Counted from the whole stretch's first letter, positions 1 through 11,872 are shown. The stretch is 61,947 bases of DNA, filler included, from 9 parts of 9 records of this genome joined end to end with filler, not necessarily neighbours in it, one strand, 5' to 3'. Notes: generated by a model not told the origin, from the letters alone. Numbers and translations: made by a program.

Positions 1-580
1 GAATCCGGAGATTCTTTCGGCGGCTTTTCGGCCTCGAGCCAGAACAACCAGTTGGTGAAGAGGAGATCGCACCCCAGGGGGTTTTGCGAACATTCATTGA
101 TAAGTAGATAGATACATTCATTGAAGCCGAGTGCTCTAAGACAAAGATTCTGTTGTACAGCACATGATTGTACAGTCATCCACTGGATCGTGAAATTTTA
201 CGCTCATAGTCTTATCCACGCCACCTGATCGGAGTGTAACCGAGCCGCCTCCGTGTCTCTTGATAGTTACGGTGATCGTGTCGCTGTCAAATGAAGCTCG
301 GGCTATGAATGGCTCACGAGGTGGTGGTGCAACAGTTACTGTCGCACCGACCATAGGTTTGCTGTGGGCTACGACCCGGTCATATGCCTTGCAGTGACGA
401 TGGTCACATGCCACGCGCATGCTTAACCGGGGCCATTTACCACCCTCTAGACACTTGTTGACGTCAAAGGGCAGCTCGGCCTCGGCCGGCGAAGACTACC
501 CGTACTTGTACGGCTGTACAGGACGTCGACAGAACAGCTCGCTTCCGCCGGATCCGTTGTAAAGTGGCGGGCTCCGGAGC

Positions 581-1285
581 ATGTCGCTCGATGACACGCT
601 GGCAGAGGCTGGGCTGGTGAGCCGGAGCCGGTCGATCGTGTTCATGAACGAGGACGGTGCGCCGGCCCAGCCCGCGGCTGGGGCCAGCTGGGGGCAGACG
701 AGGCCAAGGAGAAGGAGCAGCAGGCCGAGACGGCCCGGCGGGAAAAGGAGCAGCTGATGGGCGGCGCGGGCGACAAGCTGATGGAGGCGATCAACTGGCG
801 ATCCGGGCAGGACACGGACGCGAACGCGCCGATGACAGATCAGGAGAAGAAGCAGGCAACCGACGACCGGCCGCTGTGGGAGAAGATCAAAGAGCAGAAG
901 GACCAGAAGCAGGCCGACTGGTCCGTTGCCGACCGGGGGGGGGGGGGACCGGCGGGGCAGGGAGCGGGATAACCTGGGGCACGTGGCGCCCAAGGCGCTG
1001 GACGCGGACGATTTGGAGTTTTTGGACGACGTGGACTACAAACGGAAGCAAAAGGACGAGCTGCGCAAGGAGGAGGAGGACGCCGCTATGGCCTCGTTTC
1101 GGATGGCCGTGCACGAGCGAGTGGTCACCAAGCCGAGCAAGCCGGCGATCCGGGCGGACAAGCCAAAGCAGGAGCCGGAGAGGCCCAAGCCGGCTCCGAA
1201 GCGGCGGATGGGGATCAGCCGGGTTGTGAGACCAGCTGCAAAGGTGCAGAAGACAGTGGAGGAGGCCGCAGCACCGGACGGGTAG
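581..1285 (+). CDS. NIP30/FAM192A (PSME3IP1)-like nuclear protein, 2 introns
   Basis: Removing introns 657-697 and 921-960 gives MSLDD...DDRPLWEKIKEQKDQKQADWERDN...KALDADDLEFLDDV. This matches the Nefa_Nip30_N pattern (D-R-L-E-L-EQKD-KQ...LD-D---FLD-V). Confidence 0.75.
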
Positions 1286-1647
1286 CCCGCGCTGGATGTG
1301 CACAGCTGAGCGCGCGGCCTGTGCAGGGAGCCGGCGGGCGAGGGGGGAGAGTCGAAGGCGGCTGGCGGGCTGGGTGGGCTGCTTGGTGCTGATTATTCAG
1401 ACTCGGAGGACGAGGGCTAGACGCTAGCGCGTTGACAGTCATGCCACTGTGCTGTATACGGAGTCTATTAAAGCCGGCTTGTCCGTTCTCCTCGTTTTTA
1501 GAAGTGATCATGACAGCTAATCGTCACCACAATTTAATCCATCTCATGTAATCAAACCTCTGATGCTACTAGCGCTATACGGACCACTCCACCGAACCCA
1601 CACCGGCGGGCCTTGCCGTGGCGCTCAGGCCGCAGCGGCCGGGTCGG

Positions 1648-2460
1648 TCAATCGCGGTGTGGCCGGCCGGCCGCAGTCGCGTATGAGAGGGTGCTCAAAA
1701 AGAACAGAACCTGCGCCGCGTAGTAGGTGACCATCACCACAAAGTCCAGCTCCGGCCGGACCGGCGCCGCCGACGGGTGGAACTTCCACACGGCCAGCAC
1801 CGAATCTGATAGCATGAACACCACTGCGGCACACAGAGCCCTCTTGTGCCCCTGCTGAGTGAGCCGGCCAGGCTCCGGCTTGGATGGGTCGGGCACGGCC
1901 ACGCGCACCGCCGCGGTCCAACCCATCAGGGCGATCACCAGGCTGTAGGCGAGCACCGGCTGCTCTAGCTCTTGCTCAATAAACGGCCGCAGCGTGAAGA
2001 AGACGCCCAAGCCCAGCCCCGCGAACCCAGCCGCAATGCCCAGGCTGGCCGGGACCAGCAGCGGCGGGGCGGCAGTAGCTGGGTCGCGCATCGCCCCGAT
2101 GTAGCTCAGGTGGGCAAGCAGGAAGGCGACCAGTCCCGGCACGAACCTGTCGACGGCGGGCAGAAGCAAAAAGTCGCCCACCGCCGAGAGCCCGAGCCCC
2201 AGGGCGACAAGCCGCGGGTATCGCGGGGAGAGTCCGCGGGGGAAGGCCAGCCAGAGCGCGGCGAGCAGGCACAGGATGGGCGGGCACTTGCTGCCGTAGT
2301 GGACTGCCTCCAGCAGCAGCATCGGCCGGCCGGACGGCTGGTGCGACTGCCAGACGTGCGCGAGCTTAGCCGCCAGGTGGACCGCTCCGAGTGCAATGGC
2401 CAGGCCCACCATCGTCCCGGCCGGTCCGCCCATCCGGGGCGCGCTCCAGCCTTCCACCAT
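1648..2460 (-). CDS. YhhN/TMEM86 family lysoplasmalogenase-like membrane protein
   Basis: Multi-TM protein with family motifs GDFLL, FVPGLVAFLLAHLSY, YSLVI, FMLSDSVLA and VMVTYYAAQ. Intronless; start codon uncertain. Confidence 0.88.
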   Translation of the reverse strand: MVEGWSAPRMGGPAGTMVGLAIALGAVHLAAKLAHVWQSHQPSGRPMLLLEAVHYGSKCPPILCLLAALWLAFPRGLSPRYPRLVALGLGLSAVGDFLLLPAVDRFVPGLVAFLLAHLSYIGAMRDPATAAPPLLVPASLGIAAGFAGLGLGVFFTLRPFIEQELEQPVLAYSLVIALMGWTAAVRVAVPDPSKPEPGRLTQQGHKRALCAAVVFMLSDSVLAVWKFHPSAAPVRPELDFVVMVTYYAAQVLFFLSTLSYATAAGRPHRD

Positions 2461-2594
2461 GTGTGTGTCGAGCTGTTGCGACGTGAGCCGGGCCTGCACA
2501 GTCGGATCTAACGGCAAATTCTGCTCCCAAAACCAACAAGGGCGCTCGCCTAAGGGGCGCTCGCGCTGCAGCTGGGACGCGCTACCCGGCCGTG

Positions 2595-3413
2595 ATGAGC
2601 CCCACGGCCATGATGCGGCAGCGCGCGGAGGTGCAAGTGCCAGTGCCACGCGGCGGGGGCGGGTCGGATGCTGCGATGGACATGTGCGGCCAGCTGCTCA
2701 ACGGCACGTTCATGCACAGAGTGGCCGCAGACCTCCGGTGGACCATACTGATCGCCACCAGCGCGGTGTACATGCTCGGCTTTGTGCTGCTGGGGGCGCC
2801 GCGCTACCCGGATGGCAGCTCGTTGTTTGGTCTCCGAATGCAGAGCTACGAGCTCCTCCCCAGCTGGCTCGGCTGGAGGTTTATGTTCAGCTGGCACATG
2901 CTCTGGTGGGCCGCTGGGGTTTACGGCTTGGTCAAGACCCGGACGACCGACCCAGGCAAGTACGACCCGGCGGTGCACGACACCAATGACCCGGGGCTGC
3001 TTGCCGAGCGGGTGGTGGGCCCGGAGGGGCTGTACTATACAGACCGGGTGCTCCATTGCTTCAAGATCACGCCGGTCGGGACGATCAACCCGCACCAGTA
3101 TGCCCCGGTGCGGACCGACGAGGCCGGGGAAGTGGAGTGGGGCTGCGTGGAGTGTGGGGCTCCTCAGAACCAAGGGTTTAGGCACTGCTACAGCTGCGAG
3201 TGCTGTGTACGCGGGCGGTGGCACCACTGTGGGCTGATTGGGGTGTGCGTTGGGATCAACAACACTTACTACTTTATGCTGCTCCTGACTTCGACCATGG
3301 CCGTCTGGCTGGGCTCGTTCGTGACGCTCTGCCTGACGCAAGTGCCAGTTGTGTTGGGCCAAATGGCTCTTGACACGGTCAACCATTTGGGGGAGTGGAA
3401 GCAGCCGAGCTAA
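2595..3413 (+). CDS. DHHC-type palmitoyltransferase-like protein (WHHC variant)
   Basis: TM segments plus a Cys-rich domain CxxC...RHCxxCxxCVxxxWHHCxxxGxCVGxNNxxYF, followed by a TM helix. Confidence 0.8.
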   Translation: MSPTAMMRQRAEVQVPVPRGGGGSDAAMDMCGQLLNGTFMHRVAADLRWTILIATSAVYMLGFVLLGAPRYPDGSSLFGLRMQSYELLPSWLGWRFMFSWHMLWWAAGVYGLVKTRTTDPGKYDPAVHDTNDPGLLAERVVGPEGLYYTDRVLHCFKITPVGTINPHQYAPVRTDEAGEVEWGCVECGAPQNQGFRHCYSCECCVRGRWHHCGLIGVCVGINNTYYFMLLLTSTMAVWLGSFVTLCLTQVPVVLGQMALDTVNHLGEWKQPS

Positions 3414-3680
3414 TTACTGCTACGTAGTACAGTGTAAGGCCTTAGTCTAGAAGAGACCGCGAGGATACAAGAGAGAGGCGCTCGGCAAACACAGTTTATA
3501 CAATATAATATAATATAGGGTTACGATTTAGACAGATTAGAGATGGACAGCCGGGTAGAGTTAGCACACGAGGTAATCTATCATTGCAATAAAACGCCTC
3601 GATTATAAAAGAACGGAGCGTACGAGTACGACGAGTACTGTACCGTAGTCGCAACTCTTCAACAACGGCAAACTCCGGTC

Positions 3681-4754
3681 ATGGGAGAGCCGCCGCGGGT
3701 TTTGTCGGCCCCGCGGGCCCAGCGGCCGCTCCGGATCGACGGCGACCTGCAGAAGCCGGAGTGGACGCGGGTGGCCTGGTGTGCGCCGTTCCGCGACATC
3801 TCCGGCCACCTGCCGGACCCGGACGCCGCGAATAGCACACAGGTCAAGATGCTCTGGGACAGCGACTATTTGTACGTTGCCGCCCGGATGCGCCGGACCC
3901 TTCCGGTCCGGGCACAGTGCACCCAACGGAATATGCCGATCTTCCACACGGACAGCGACTTTGAAGTGTTCGTGGACCCAGGCTGGCGGTGCCACCGATA
4001 TAAGGAGCTCGAAATCAACCCGAGCAACGTAGTGTGGAACCTGCAGCTCGACCGGCCATACAGCGACGGCGGGCGCGAGCTGAGCGGCCGGGTGGCTGCC
4101 CCGGGCGAGTCCGATTACTATGAAGTGGCCCGTCAGAAGACGGCCTGCAGGCTAGTCAGAGGCAGGCTGGACGGGCCGGAGGGCGAGCCGGCCGAGTGGG
4201 TCTGTGAGCTGGCGCTAGCGCACAGCGACAGCATGGCTGACCAGCCGGGGGGGACGCTCCCTGCCGAGGGCGGCAGCTGGCGGATCAATTTCAGCGCAGT
4301 GGAGCGGGGAGGTGAGATCAACTGGACTTGGAGTAGGCAATGGGCGTGGCAGCCGGGGACGGGGCGGTATGAGGGCGAGGTGAACATGCACTCCTGGGGC
4401 TTTGTGTGCTTCGCGCCTGCGAGTGACAGTGGGGGCGAGCTTGAGCTGACCAGTCTGGTGCTGATCCCGCTGTGCATGCGATGGGAGGCGCAACAGGCTG
4501 CCATGACTTGCTACGCTGCGCAGCACGCTTTCCGCCGGGAGCATGGCCGGTGGGCTAGCAGCCTGCAGGAGCTCCGAGGGCTGCTGGACGAGCGGGCGGT
4601 TGGGAGGTTTGAAGGAGCAGCTGGGAGTTCGAGGGGAGTGGAGCTAGAGGTTAGTCCAGCTGATGACAAGTTTTGGGTGGTGGTCCGCACAGCTTTCGGA
4701 TGCGGATGCCGTGTCGACCAAGACCGCCTGCACACCTGGGACTGCGCGGAATGA
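3681..4754 (+). CDS. carbohydrate-binding family 9-like (CBM9-like) protein
   Basis: IDGDL--PEW, TQVKMLWDSDYLYV, DFEVFVDP, YKELEINP, LDRPYSDGG, WRINFS, NWTWS-Q and NMH-WGFV match bacterial CBM9-like proteins. Intronless. Confidence 0.8.
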   Translation: MGEPPRVLSAPRAQRPLRIDGDLQKPEWTRVAWCAPFRDISGHLPDPDAANSTQVKMLWDSDYLYVAARMRRTLPVRAQCTQRNMPIFHTDSDFEVFVDPGWRCHRYKELEINPSNVVWNLQLDRPYSDGGRELSGRVAAPGESDYYEVARQKTACRLVRGRLDGPEGEPAEWVCELALAHSDSMADQPGGTLPAEGGSWRINFSAVERGGEINWTWSRQWAWQPGTGRYEGEVNMHSWGFVCFAPASDSGGELELTSLVLIPLCMRWEAQQAAMTCYAAQHAFRREHGRWASSLQELRGLLDERAVGRFEGAAGSSRGVELEVSPADDKFWVVVRTAFGCGCRVDQDRLHTWDCAE

Positions 4755-5069
4755 CCACGTGCAGTAAAAACACAACCCCAACCAGTCATTAGAATCCCCT
4801 ATACTCGTACGAGTACATAGAATCCATGATCAGTGTGTCCACATTACACAATACGATGATGAAAAACTGGTCGAGGGTGAAACCGTCCGACATAGGCATG
4901 CCAGTGCAATTTATGTACCCTAGTCGTAATAACTTAGATGATATCCTAGTTGTCAATAAAACCGCCAGCACAGATAACCGAGCACCGCCATGAGCACCGC
5001 GCAGGGCTGCAAGGGCGCCCAGAGTGAGGACGTACAGCTGGGTGACCTTTGGGGTGCGGCCGTTGGGAA

Positions 5070-6560
5070 TCATCTGGAGCGACTTCTCCTTATCCCGCCC
5101 CGGTTGGAGAAAACGTTACAAGACAAATCCAGGCATTTGATCACTTCAGGCGCGTTGCTCAGCTTGGCCGCCGGGCCCATCTCGAGCTTGACGTCCTCCA
5201 GCTGGGCGTCCTCGCAGCTCTGAGGGGTGCTCCAGCCCTCAGGCGTCCCGCCAGAGCCGGTCGGGGGGTGCCAGCTCTGCCACCAGTGGCTCGCTTGACA
5301 CCCGAGCGCTGGGCACACCTCTATGGGCAACTGGCAGCAGACAACTGTGATGTCGTCGCAGTAGGCCCCGCACGTGTTGAACCACTCGTTCTGCCGTCGG
5401 GTCAACCCCAGCCACAGCCAGCGGAGCTCACCTGAGACACCTCCACCAGCGAATAGGCTGCCGCAGAGGTGTGCGCTGCGCGGCAAAACTCACTCATTAC
5501 CTGCCCGACCGGTAACGGAAAGTCGATGTAACGGATACCGTGTCGCCATCCAGAAACTCCCAAAGCCCGTCCGAGGCCACCACTACATAACTATTCTCTG
5601 GACGCAGCTTGCGCTCCGTCACCTGCGGTTTGCCCTCGCAACAGCAGAACAGCCCGCGCGCACCTCAGGGGCGCAAATCACAACCTCTCTACCAAACTCC
5701 ACGTCGCCCACACTGCTCCGCCCGCTACACTCCCCGCGCGCCCCGCGGGCGCACCTCCGGGTGGGACACAGTGCGCACTCGCCCGATGGTGAAAGAACCC
5801 TCTCAGAGCCTCCAAAGGAGCTGATCCGCCCGCCCGCCCGGAGCACCCGCTGCCGCTCCGCCGAGTTCTTCGAGGCCTGCCCCCAGTTGGCCTGGCCGAG
5901 CGCTGTCTGCAGCACCGTGTGGTCGACAGTGAGGTCGGTGCAGCCATAAGCCCCGTTTGAGACAGTGGCCATCGCAGCGCGCGAGTCGCCCACGTTCACG
6001 GTGAAGCACAGGTCCGAGCCGCACACGATCACAATGCACAGCGTGGTGCCGCTCGACCGGCCCTTCCTCTCGCGCATAAATGTTTGCTCCTCGGCGGCAT
6101 AGATGGCCTTAGTGAAAGCTTTGCTCAGCGCCTCCCGTCCCGAGGCCCTACAGTCGACAAAGGTGGGCTCGCCCTCGATCTCAGACATGAACGAGTCCAC
6201 CACCCCTTGCGAGGCGTGGTGCCCCTCTGGTCCGTGCCCGTCCGCTATTAGCAGCATGGTCTGCAGCCCCTGGCTCGGCACCGGCCGGTCAGCGGTTCGA
6301 CCTGGCTTGGGTTGCCGCCAAAGTTGAGCACAACCATTCCGCGGTCCTGCAGCCCCTGGCTCAGCCCGCGCCCCTGGCCGGACGGCTGCCTGATTGTTCT
6401 TTGGGGCGCCGCCGGACCATCCAGGGATTGAGTAGGCCGCCACCGTCGTGGCCCGGCCGCTGAGCGGGTGGGACGCCGGGTAGTAGCCGCCCTTGGGCCA
6501 GGTGCTCGGATACTTACGCTCTCGCTCGCCGTCGCTTGGTTTGGGGCAGCAGCCTCCCAT
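5070..6560 (-). CDS. PP2C-family Ser/Thr phosphatase, ~8 introns, N-terminal MGGCC (possible acylation)
   Basis: The spliced product has NQD, ADGHG, SGTT, NVGDSRA, VDH, TRSVGD, VVASDGLWEF and DDITVV. The 3' end is uncertain. Confidence 0.92.
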
Positions 6561-6998
6561 CGCCCCCCGAGCGTCCCAGTCGAAGCCGTGTGCTGGCCGA
6601 CCGATGTCGTTGAGACTTGTTGGTCATGATCAGATCTTTCACACGTGCACTAAGCCTAGGCCTGGCTGAGTACTGTGCTCTGATACTGTGTACGAGTAGA
6701 GCCCGTATAGAGCCCAGCTGAGTGTGGAAAGCTAGGCTCTTTCCACGCCGAGCCTGGCTTAGTTGTAACCAATCAATGACGGAACCAGTTTGTAAGATTA
6801 GATAGTTCTAACTTGAGCCGCTAGCTACTGAGCCCACTGAATTGCACGGAACAACTGAGCCGCTAGCTACTGCCTGCTATTGCCTACACGACATTGCACT
6901 CCGCTACTCATTAATTAACAACCGAAGCAATGCCATGGAAGAAACGGCGAAGAACCGGCCACAGATGCACATTTGACGCACGGCCTCACACGCCTGTA

Positions 6999-9605
6999 TC
7001 ACATGCCAAGGACATTTCTTCCCATTGCGATGAGAGCGTCGTCAGATGGCCATTTGCCAATCGAGGAGCCCGGGTCGTGACCCTGAGCCTGCCATGCCTT
7101 GAAATCCATCCCACAGACCTGAGTGGTGCCGGATTCCGAGAAGACGTTGTTGTCGTGGACCTCCCAGCCCTCTGACACCTTGCAGTCCGAGCTGTAACCT
7201 GTTCTGAAAACGCAAGTATTGTTGAAAAAGCCATCGTTGTAGCCCTTGAAGCTCCACATGTGATAGCAGTTGCCCACATATGCGAGCACATTTCCATACC
7301 ATTTATTATCATGCCCACCAAAGTCAGATTTGAGTCCTTCGTCCCCGTACGCGAAGAAGTTATCAAACACCTCATAGTAAGCGCTACCGTCGTCGGTGTC
7401 GATCGCCTCTTGTGAGAAGTAGGTCGATAGAATGAAGTTTCCATGAATCCGCCGGGGTGCTGGCACGATCGACGGCTGTCCAGAGCGGATATCGGTGATG
7501 TAGGGCACTCTGCTCCAGCTGTTCCAGGGCCCGTGGTCACTCGACTCACGGACGCAGTTGAGCAGCAAATTGGACGAGATCTCGTCGCCCCCTCCGAACC
7601 CGTCATTGAAATTGAAGGCGGCACGAGGCCCGTTGAAGAAGATGTTCCGTTGTAGCTTGGTCTGAGCCGTCACGGCCTGGAACCATAGTGAGCTCTGCTT
7701 CTGCCACAGCCCGATCTCGTGGCAGATGTTGTTTGTGATGGTGCACCCCCGCGGCTGCTCGCCAGCTCGGCCGTCTGGTCCGACCTTGTACCCACCTGGG
7801 ACGGTCAAGCTGCCGTTCTGATTGAGCGCCGAGGAGGTGTCTCCCCACGCGGCCATCGCCCCGTCGCCTATGAACGAGAACTCATTGTTGTTGATCGTAA
7901 GCCCTCGATTGTAGCCACCGATCTGCCCCCCGCCATCAGCCCAGCCTGGCTAGCGACTCACGAAAATCCCGTTTCCGTCCAGCCGGGTGAGCAAGCAGCT
8001 GTCCACGGTCACATTTTCAGTGCCAATCAGTGTGATCGCGCCCTGCTTCTGCAGGCCCCAATCGCCACCCGACGGGAGCCCGTGCGCATCCATGTAACTG
8101 TAAGCTGTGTCCCGTAGCGTCAGCCCCTTCAAGGCCACGTGGTGCGCAGGCGAAGCCTTGGTCCCGCTAATATTGAACAGCACCTTGAGATGGGTCCCCA
8201 CAAACTCGCCAGTTGGCAGCGCCGTGCTGTCGGTGCTGTTCGGCTTGTAGACAAGCAGCTGTTCGGCCTCATCGTGAAACCACTCGCGTGCCATGTCTAG
8301 CTCCTCGACCACATTCTCAATGTACCAGGCCTCACCGCCAGTCACGCCCTCGCCGCCCTGGATCCCGCCCCTCGAGAACATGAACCTGCCCACACCCAGT
8401 CGGCGCCGGCTCCGACTCGGCACACACCGTGAGCCGTTCTGGTTCCCAGCTCCCACCTCAAAGGCGTTTGTGTACCAGTGCCCGGGCCGCCAAGCGTGTA
8501 TCACTGCGCCCGTCGCATTGCGATACGGTCCGTTAGGCAGCAGCGCCGGGCCCGGGGCGATTCCGCTCGGGTGGTTCGGGGTGGAAATACGCCGCGGGGC
8601 GCCAGGAGCGCACCAGTACCCCACTGGCGGCGACCGGTCCACACAAGTGCCACCAGCTCCGAGCCAAAACTCACCCCATTCGCCCTCTCCGGTCCAGCTG
8701 TCCGGATCGACCGTGCCGTTGGTCCGAATCTGCATCGGCCACTCCACTCCCGGCCAGTCCGCCGCACTGATCACAAAAGTCTGGGCGGTCGACCTCGGAG
8801 GCCACGGAGATATTCCGTTCATACTCCCGGTGGTACTCGCCACCCACTCGGTGTGCTCAGTGATCCAGCCATCGCGCCCGTCGTGGAAGTGGCGCTGTCC
8901 GTTGATCGTCGAGTCGAGCTCCGGGTCGAAATTGGGGTATCGAGCCCGTATCTCTCTCACGCCGTCCCTCCTGAGCCCGAGCAACTGCCCCGGCAGCTCT
9001 TGTCCCGCGAGCGAGGCTTCAAAGCAGCCAGCGCAGCGGGATGAGGGCCGCCACTGGGTGTCCAGCTGGATGCCCCCGGACACTACGGCCTCCTCGCCGT
9101 CATGGTTGCGGATCGTGAGCCGCGAGTCGGCCGCGGTCAGCTCGATCGTCCGGGCGAGCCAGTGAACCCCTTGACGAAGCACCAGCTCGGCGGCCTGGCC
9201 CCGTGTGCGGAGCCGGCGGCTCGCCTGGACGGCGGCCCCGATGGTGCGATAAGCGATGGTGCTGTTGGACTCCGCGAGCGTGTCGTCACCGCGCCGAGGA
9301 TCCACGGAGAGGATGAGCGTGCCCGCGGGGGGCGACGGGTGGGTTTGGACCGGGCCCCAGTGGTCCTGGCTGGTCGGGACCGGCAGTCCGCATGCCTCGA
9401 GCTGGAGCGCGTCGAACAGCGAGCGGAACTGGCCGCGCGACGGCTGGAGCGACCGGCCGTATTCCCAGGCGAACTTCCGGATGGCGCAGTCGGTGTGAGG
9501 GTCGATCCCAGGCGGGGTGCCCGAGTGCACCAGCTGGGGATCGGCAGCGGCTAGCGGCGCCCATAAGAGGGCCAGGAGCGGGAGAACACTCGTCTGAGCA
9601 CTCAT
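6999..9605 (-). CDS. secreted right-handed parallel beta-helix (pectin-lyase-like) protein, 2 introns
   Basis: Signal peptide MSAQTSVLPLLALLWAPLAAA, LVLRQGVH, ARYPN, WYIENVVEELD, GNGIF, NFNDGFGGG and CVRESSDHGPWNSW. Introns 7923-7961 and 8386-8427 join the two long ORFs. Confidence 0.78.
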
Positions 9606-9722
9606 TGACCAAGGTTGCCCGGCTCCGAAACCGCTCCGAAACAGTAACGGCAATCGGAAATCCACCACCGCCGTCGACCGCAGCAGCAGCTTCCTACGCA
9701 ACAGCGGCGGCGGAAGCTCCCA

Positions 9723-10399
9723 ATGTTGACGGAGTCCTTGCTAGCGGATGTGCTGACGCATGCCGTCCGGTCTCGGCCCGGGCACCACTTGTGGAACTGC
9801 CGATCGGTCTGCCGGGGCTGGCACAACATCTGCTGCGAGTGGCTGCCCTGGGTCCAGTCGGTTGCGCTGAAAGGCGCCAGCTGGCGGCCTGCGGTGCTCA
9901 GCAGCCCGCTGCCTGGCCCAGAGCTCTCGATAGAGCAGCTTCGCAGCTTCTGGCTGTGGATGAGTGACTCGATCGGCGACGGCCGGTTTGATGGGTACGC
10001 CAATCAGTTCGATCATGACTACGATAGCCTCAAATTCGGCTGGTGCCAAGGCCAGAAGCCGCTCGGGCCACCGACCTGTTCTCGCCCCGGGTCGCATTCG
10101 AGTGAGCCAGAGAAGTCTGGCTTGTGGCTGAGCCGGCGCTGGCAGGGGAGCTCGAATTCAGTCCAAAGGTGGTGCGAGAATTTGCACCGAAGAGCCTGCG
10201 CCAGCACTTATGCTTCTGCGTTTGCCACTTAGTAAGTGGTGGCCGTGACTTCAGTTGTGTGCTTGCGGGCGCAGCCTGTAGTGGTCGGAGCGGCAATGAC
10301 GGAAGCTCGAACCAGTCTGTCTGCAATCTTGTGGTGCGGTGCACTAGCGGCGCTCACGAAAGCTTCAGTGTGTACCACAGCTCTCACACCGATATCTAG
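9723..10399 (+). CDS. possible F-box-like protein; exon structure unresolved
   Basis: N-terminal L--VL-------LW-CRSVCRGW resembles an F-box. The C-terminal part probably lies in frame 10124-10399. Confidence 0.4.
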
Positions 10400-10639
10400 A
10401 ACTTTGATTAAAACTTTACCGGTCGAATCTATAAGATTGTATGCACTGATATGGATTGTACTCGAACCATGTTCAAATGAATCACATACTTGATAGTAAT
10501 TATCTAGACTCAAACGCTGTTCTAGGCTTTGTCTTACAAACAACAAAATAGGAGCCTGCATGGCCAGGTGTAGCCCGCACTCATAACCAGCAGTTCCGGT
10601 CCGCTGAGCTCAGCCAACTCGATGGAAGGTCTCCCCACT

Positions 10640-10817
10640 CTACTGCCCATAGCCCGCGTATCCGCCTTGCATGGCGGTGTACCCTCCCCACTGTTGGGCC
10701 TGGGCCTGCCGCTTGGCCGCCTCGCCATCGTAGCCGTTCTCCAGCCCGCGCTTCTTGCTGTTGCTGCTGGAGACGGCGGCCGGGAACTGGAGCTCGAAGG
10801 CGGCTTCGTTCTCACGG
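10640..10817 (-). CDS. 3' end of an unknown gene truncated by the contig end
   Basis: Open frame RENEAAFELQFP...AQQWGGYTAMQGGYAGYGQ* with GC-rich codon usage, followed by AT-richer sequence. Confidence 0.4.
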
Positions 10818-10917
10818 NNNNNNNNNNNNNNNNNNNNNNNNNNNNNNNNNNNNNNNNNNNNTTAATTAATTAANNNNNNNNNNNNNNNNNNNNNNNNNNN
10901 NNNNNNNNNNNNNNNNN
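10818..10917. other. artificial contig spacer N44-TTAATTAATTAA-N44
   Basis: Identical 100-nt spacer with stops in all six frames, found eight times in the window. Confidence 0.98.
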
Positions 10918-11872
10918 CGACCAGCCCCAGCTGCCTGCGGAACCCGATCACGCTGACCTGCCAGCCGCGGCTGAAGCAGGACATCCTCTCGCTCCGGGGC
11001 TGTCCGGCCGGCTCTGGCGCTTCGGTTCCGGGCTGGCGGCTTTCGAGTCTGGCCCGGCCAACAGCCGTGGGGTGGTGATCTTCGTGCCAGGACTCACCGA
11101 TGGGCTCCTCGGCGTGCCGTACGTAGAGCGGCTGGGGGAGGCGGCGGGCCGGCTGGGCTGGCGGCTGATCCAACCCGTGCTCTCGTCCTCCTGGAACGGC
11201 TTCGGAGTGAGCGACCTCTCTTCTGACGCGGCCGAGCTCGAGCAGCTGATTGAGGAGTTGACCCAACGCCGGGGGGCCGATTGGGTGTGCCTGGTCGGGC
11301 ACAGCACCGGCTGCCAGGATGCGGTCCAGCTCATGCGGCAGGGCTCGGCAGCCACTCGCGGGCGCGTGCGGGCTGTGGTGCTGCAGGCGCCAGTCTCGGA
11401 TCGGGAGGCAGGCCCGCTCGACCCCGACTGGCCGGAGCTGCAGCTGAACCTGGCTCGGGCCGAGCGAATGGTGGCGGCCGGCGAGCCGAAAGGGGTGGTC
11501 AGCTGCTTGTATGGGGCCCCGATCAGTGCGGAGCGGCTGGTGAGTTTGCTGGGTCGGGACGGGCTGGATGACATGTTCTCGTCAGACTTGAGCGATGAGC
11601 AGTTACGAGACCGGCTGGGGCACATGAGCGGCGCTGGGCAGCGTCGGCTGGGAGGGCGGCACCCGGGGCTCAAGCTAGGGCTGGCGTACTCCATGGGGGA
11701 TGAATACGTGCCTGGGTATGTAGATAAAGAGCTGCTGCTTGGCCGGCTGGCTGCGGCGACTGGAGGGGAGCGTGTGGCGCTGGCCGGGGCGAATCATAAT
11801 TTGAGCAAGCCTGACGGCGCAGCGGAGGAGTTTGTGCAGTTTGTGGCCTCGTTGCTGGCTGAGGTATCGTGA
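10918..11872 (+). CDS. DUF1749/UPF0613 alpha/beta hydrolase (5' end uncertain)
   Basis: IFVPGLTDG, QPVLSSS--GFG-S-L--D--EL, nucleophile elbow GHSTGCQD, LQAPVSDRE, DDMFSSDL, DEYVP and ANH. Confidence 0.9.

Noticed and set aside
136-420. 94-aa minus-strand ORF
   Set aside because: Non-ATG start, atypical composition and no recognisable motif; cannot be supported.
5513-5534. Two TAACGG copies as promoter motifs (also one at 23044)
   Set aside because: They fall inside introns (PP2C; the GCTAAC branch point of the 22395-23091 gene), so they were excluded from the promoter count.
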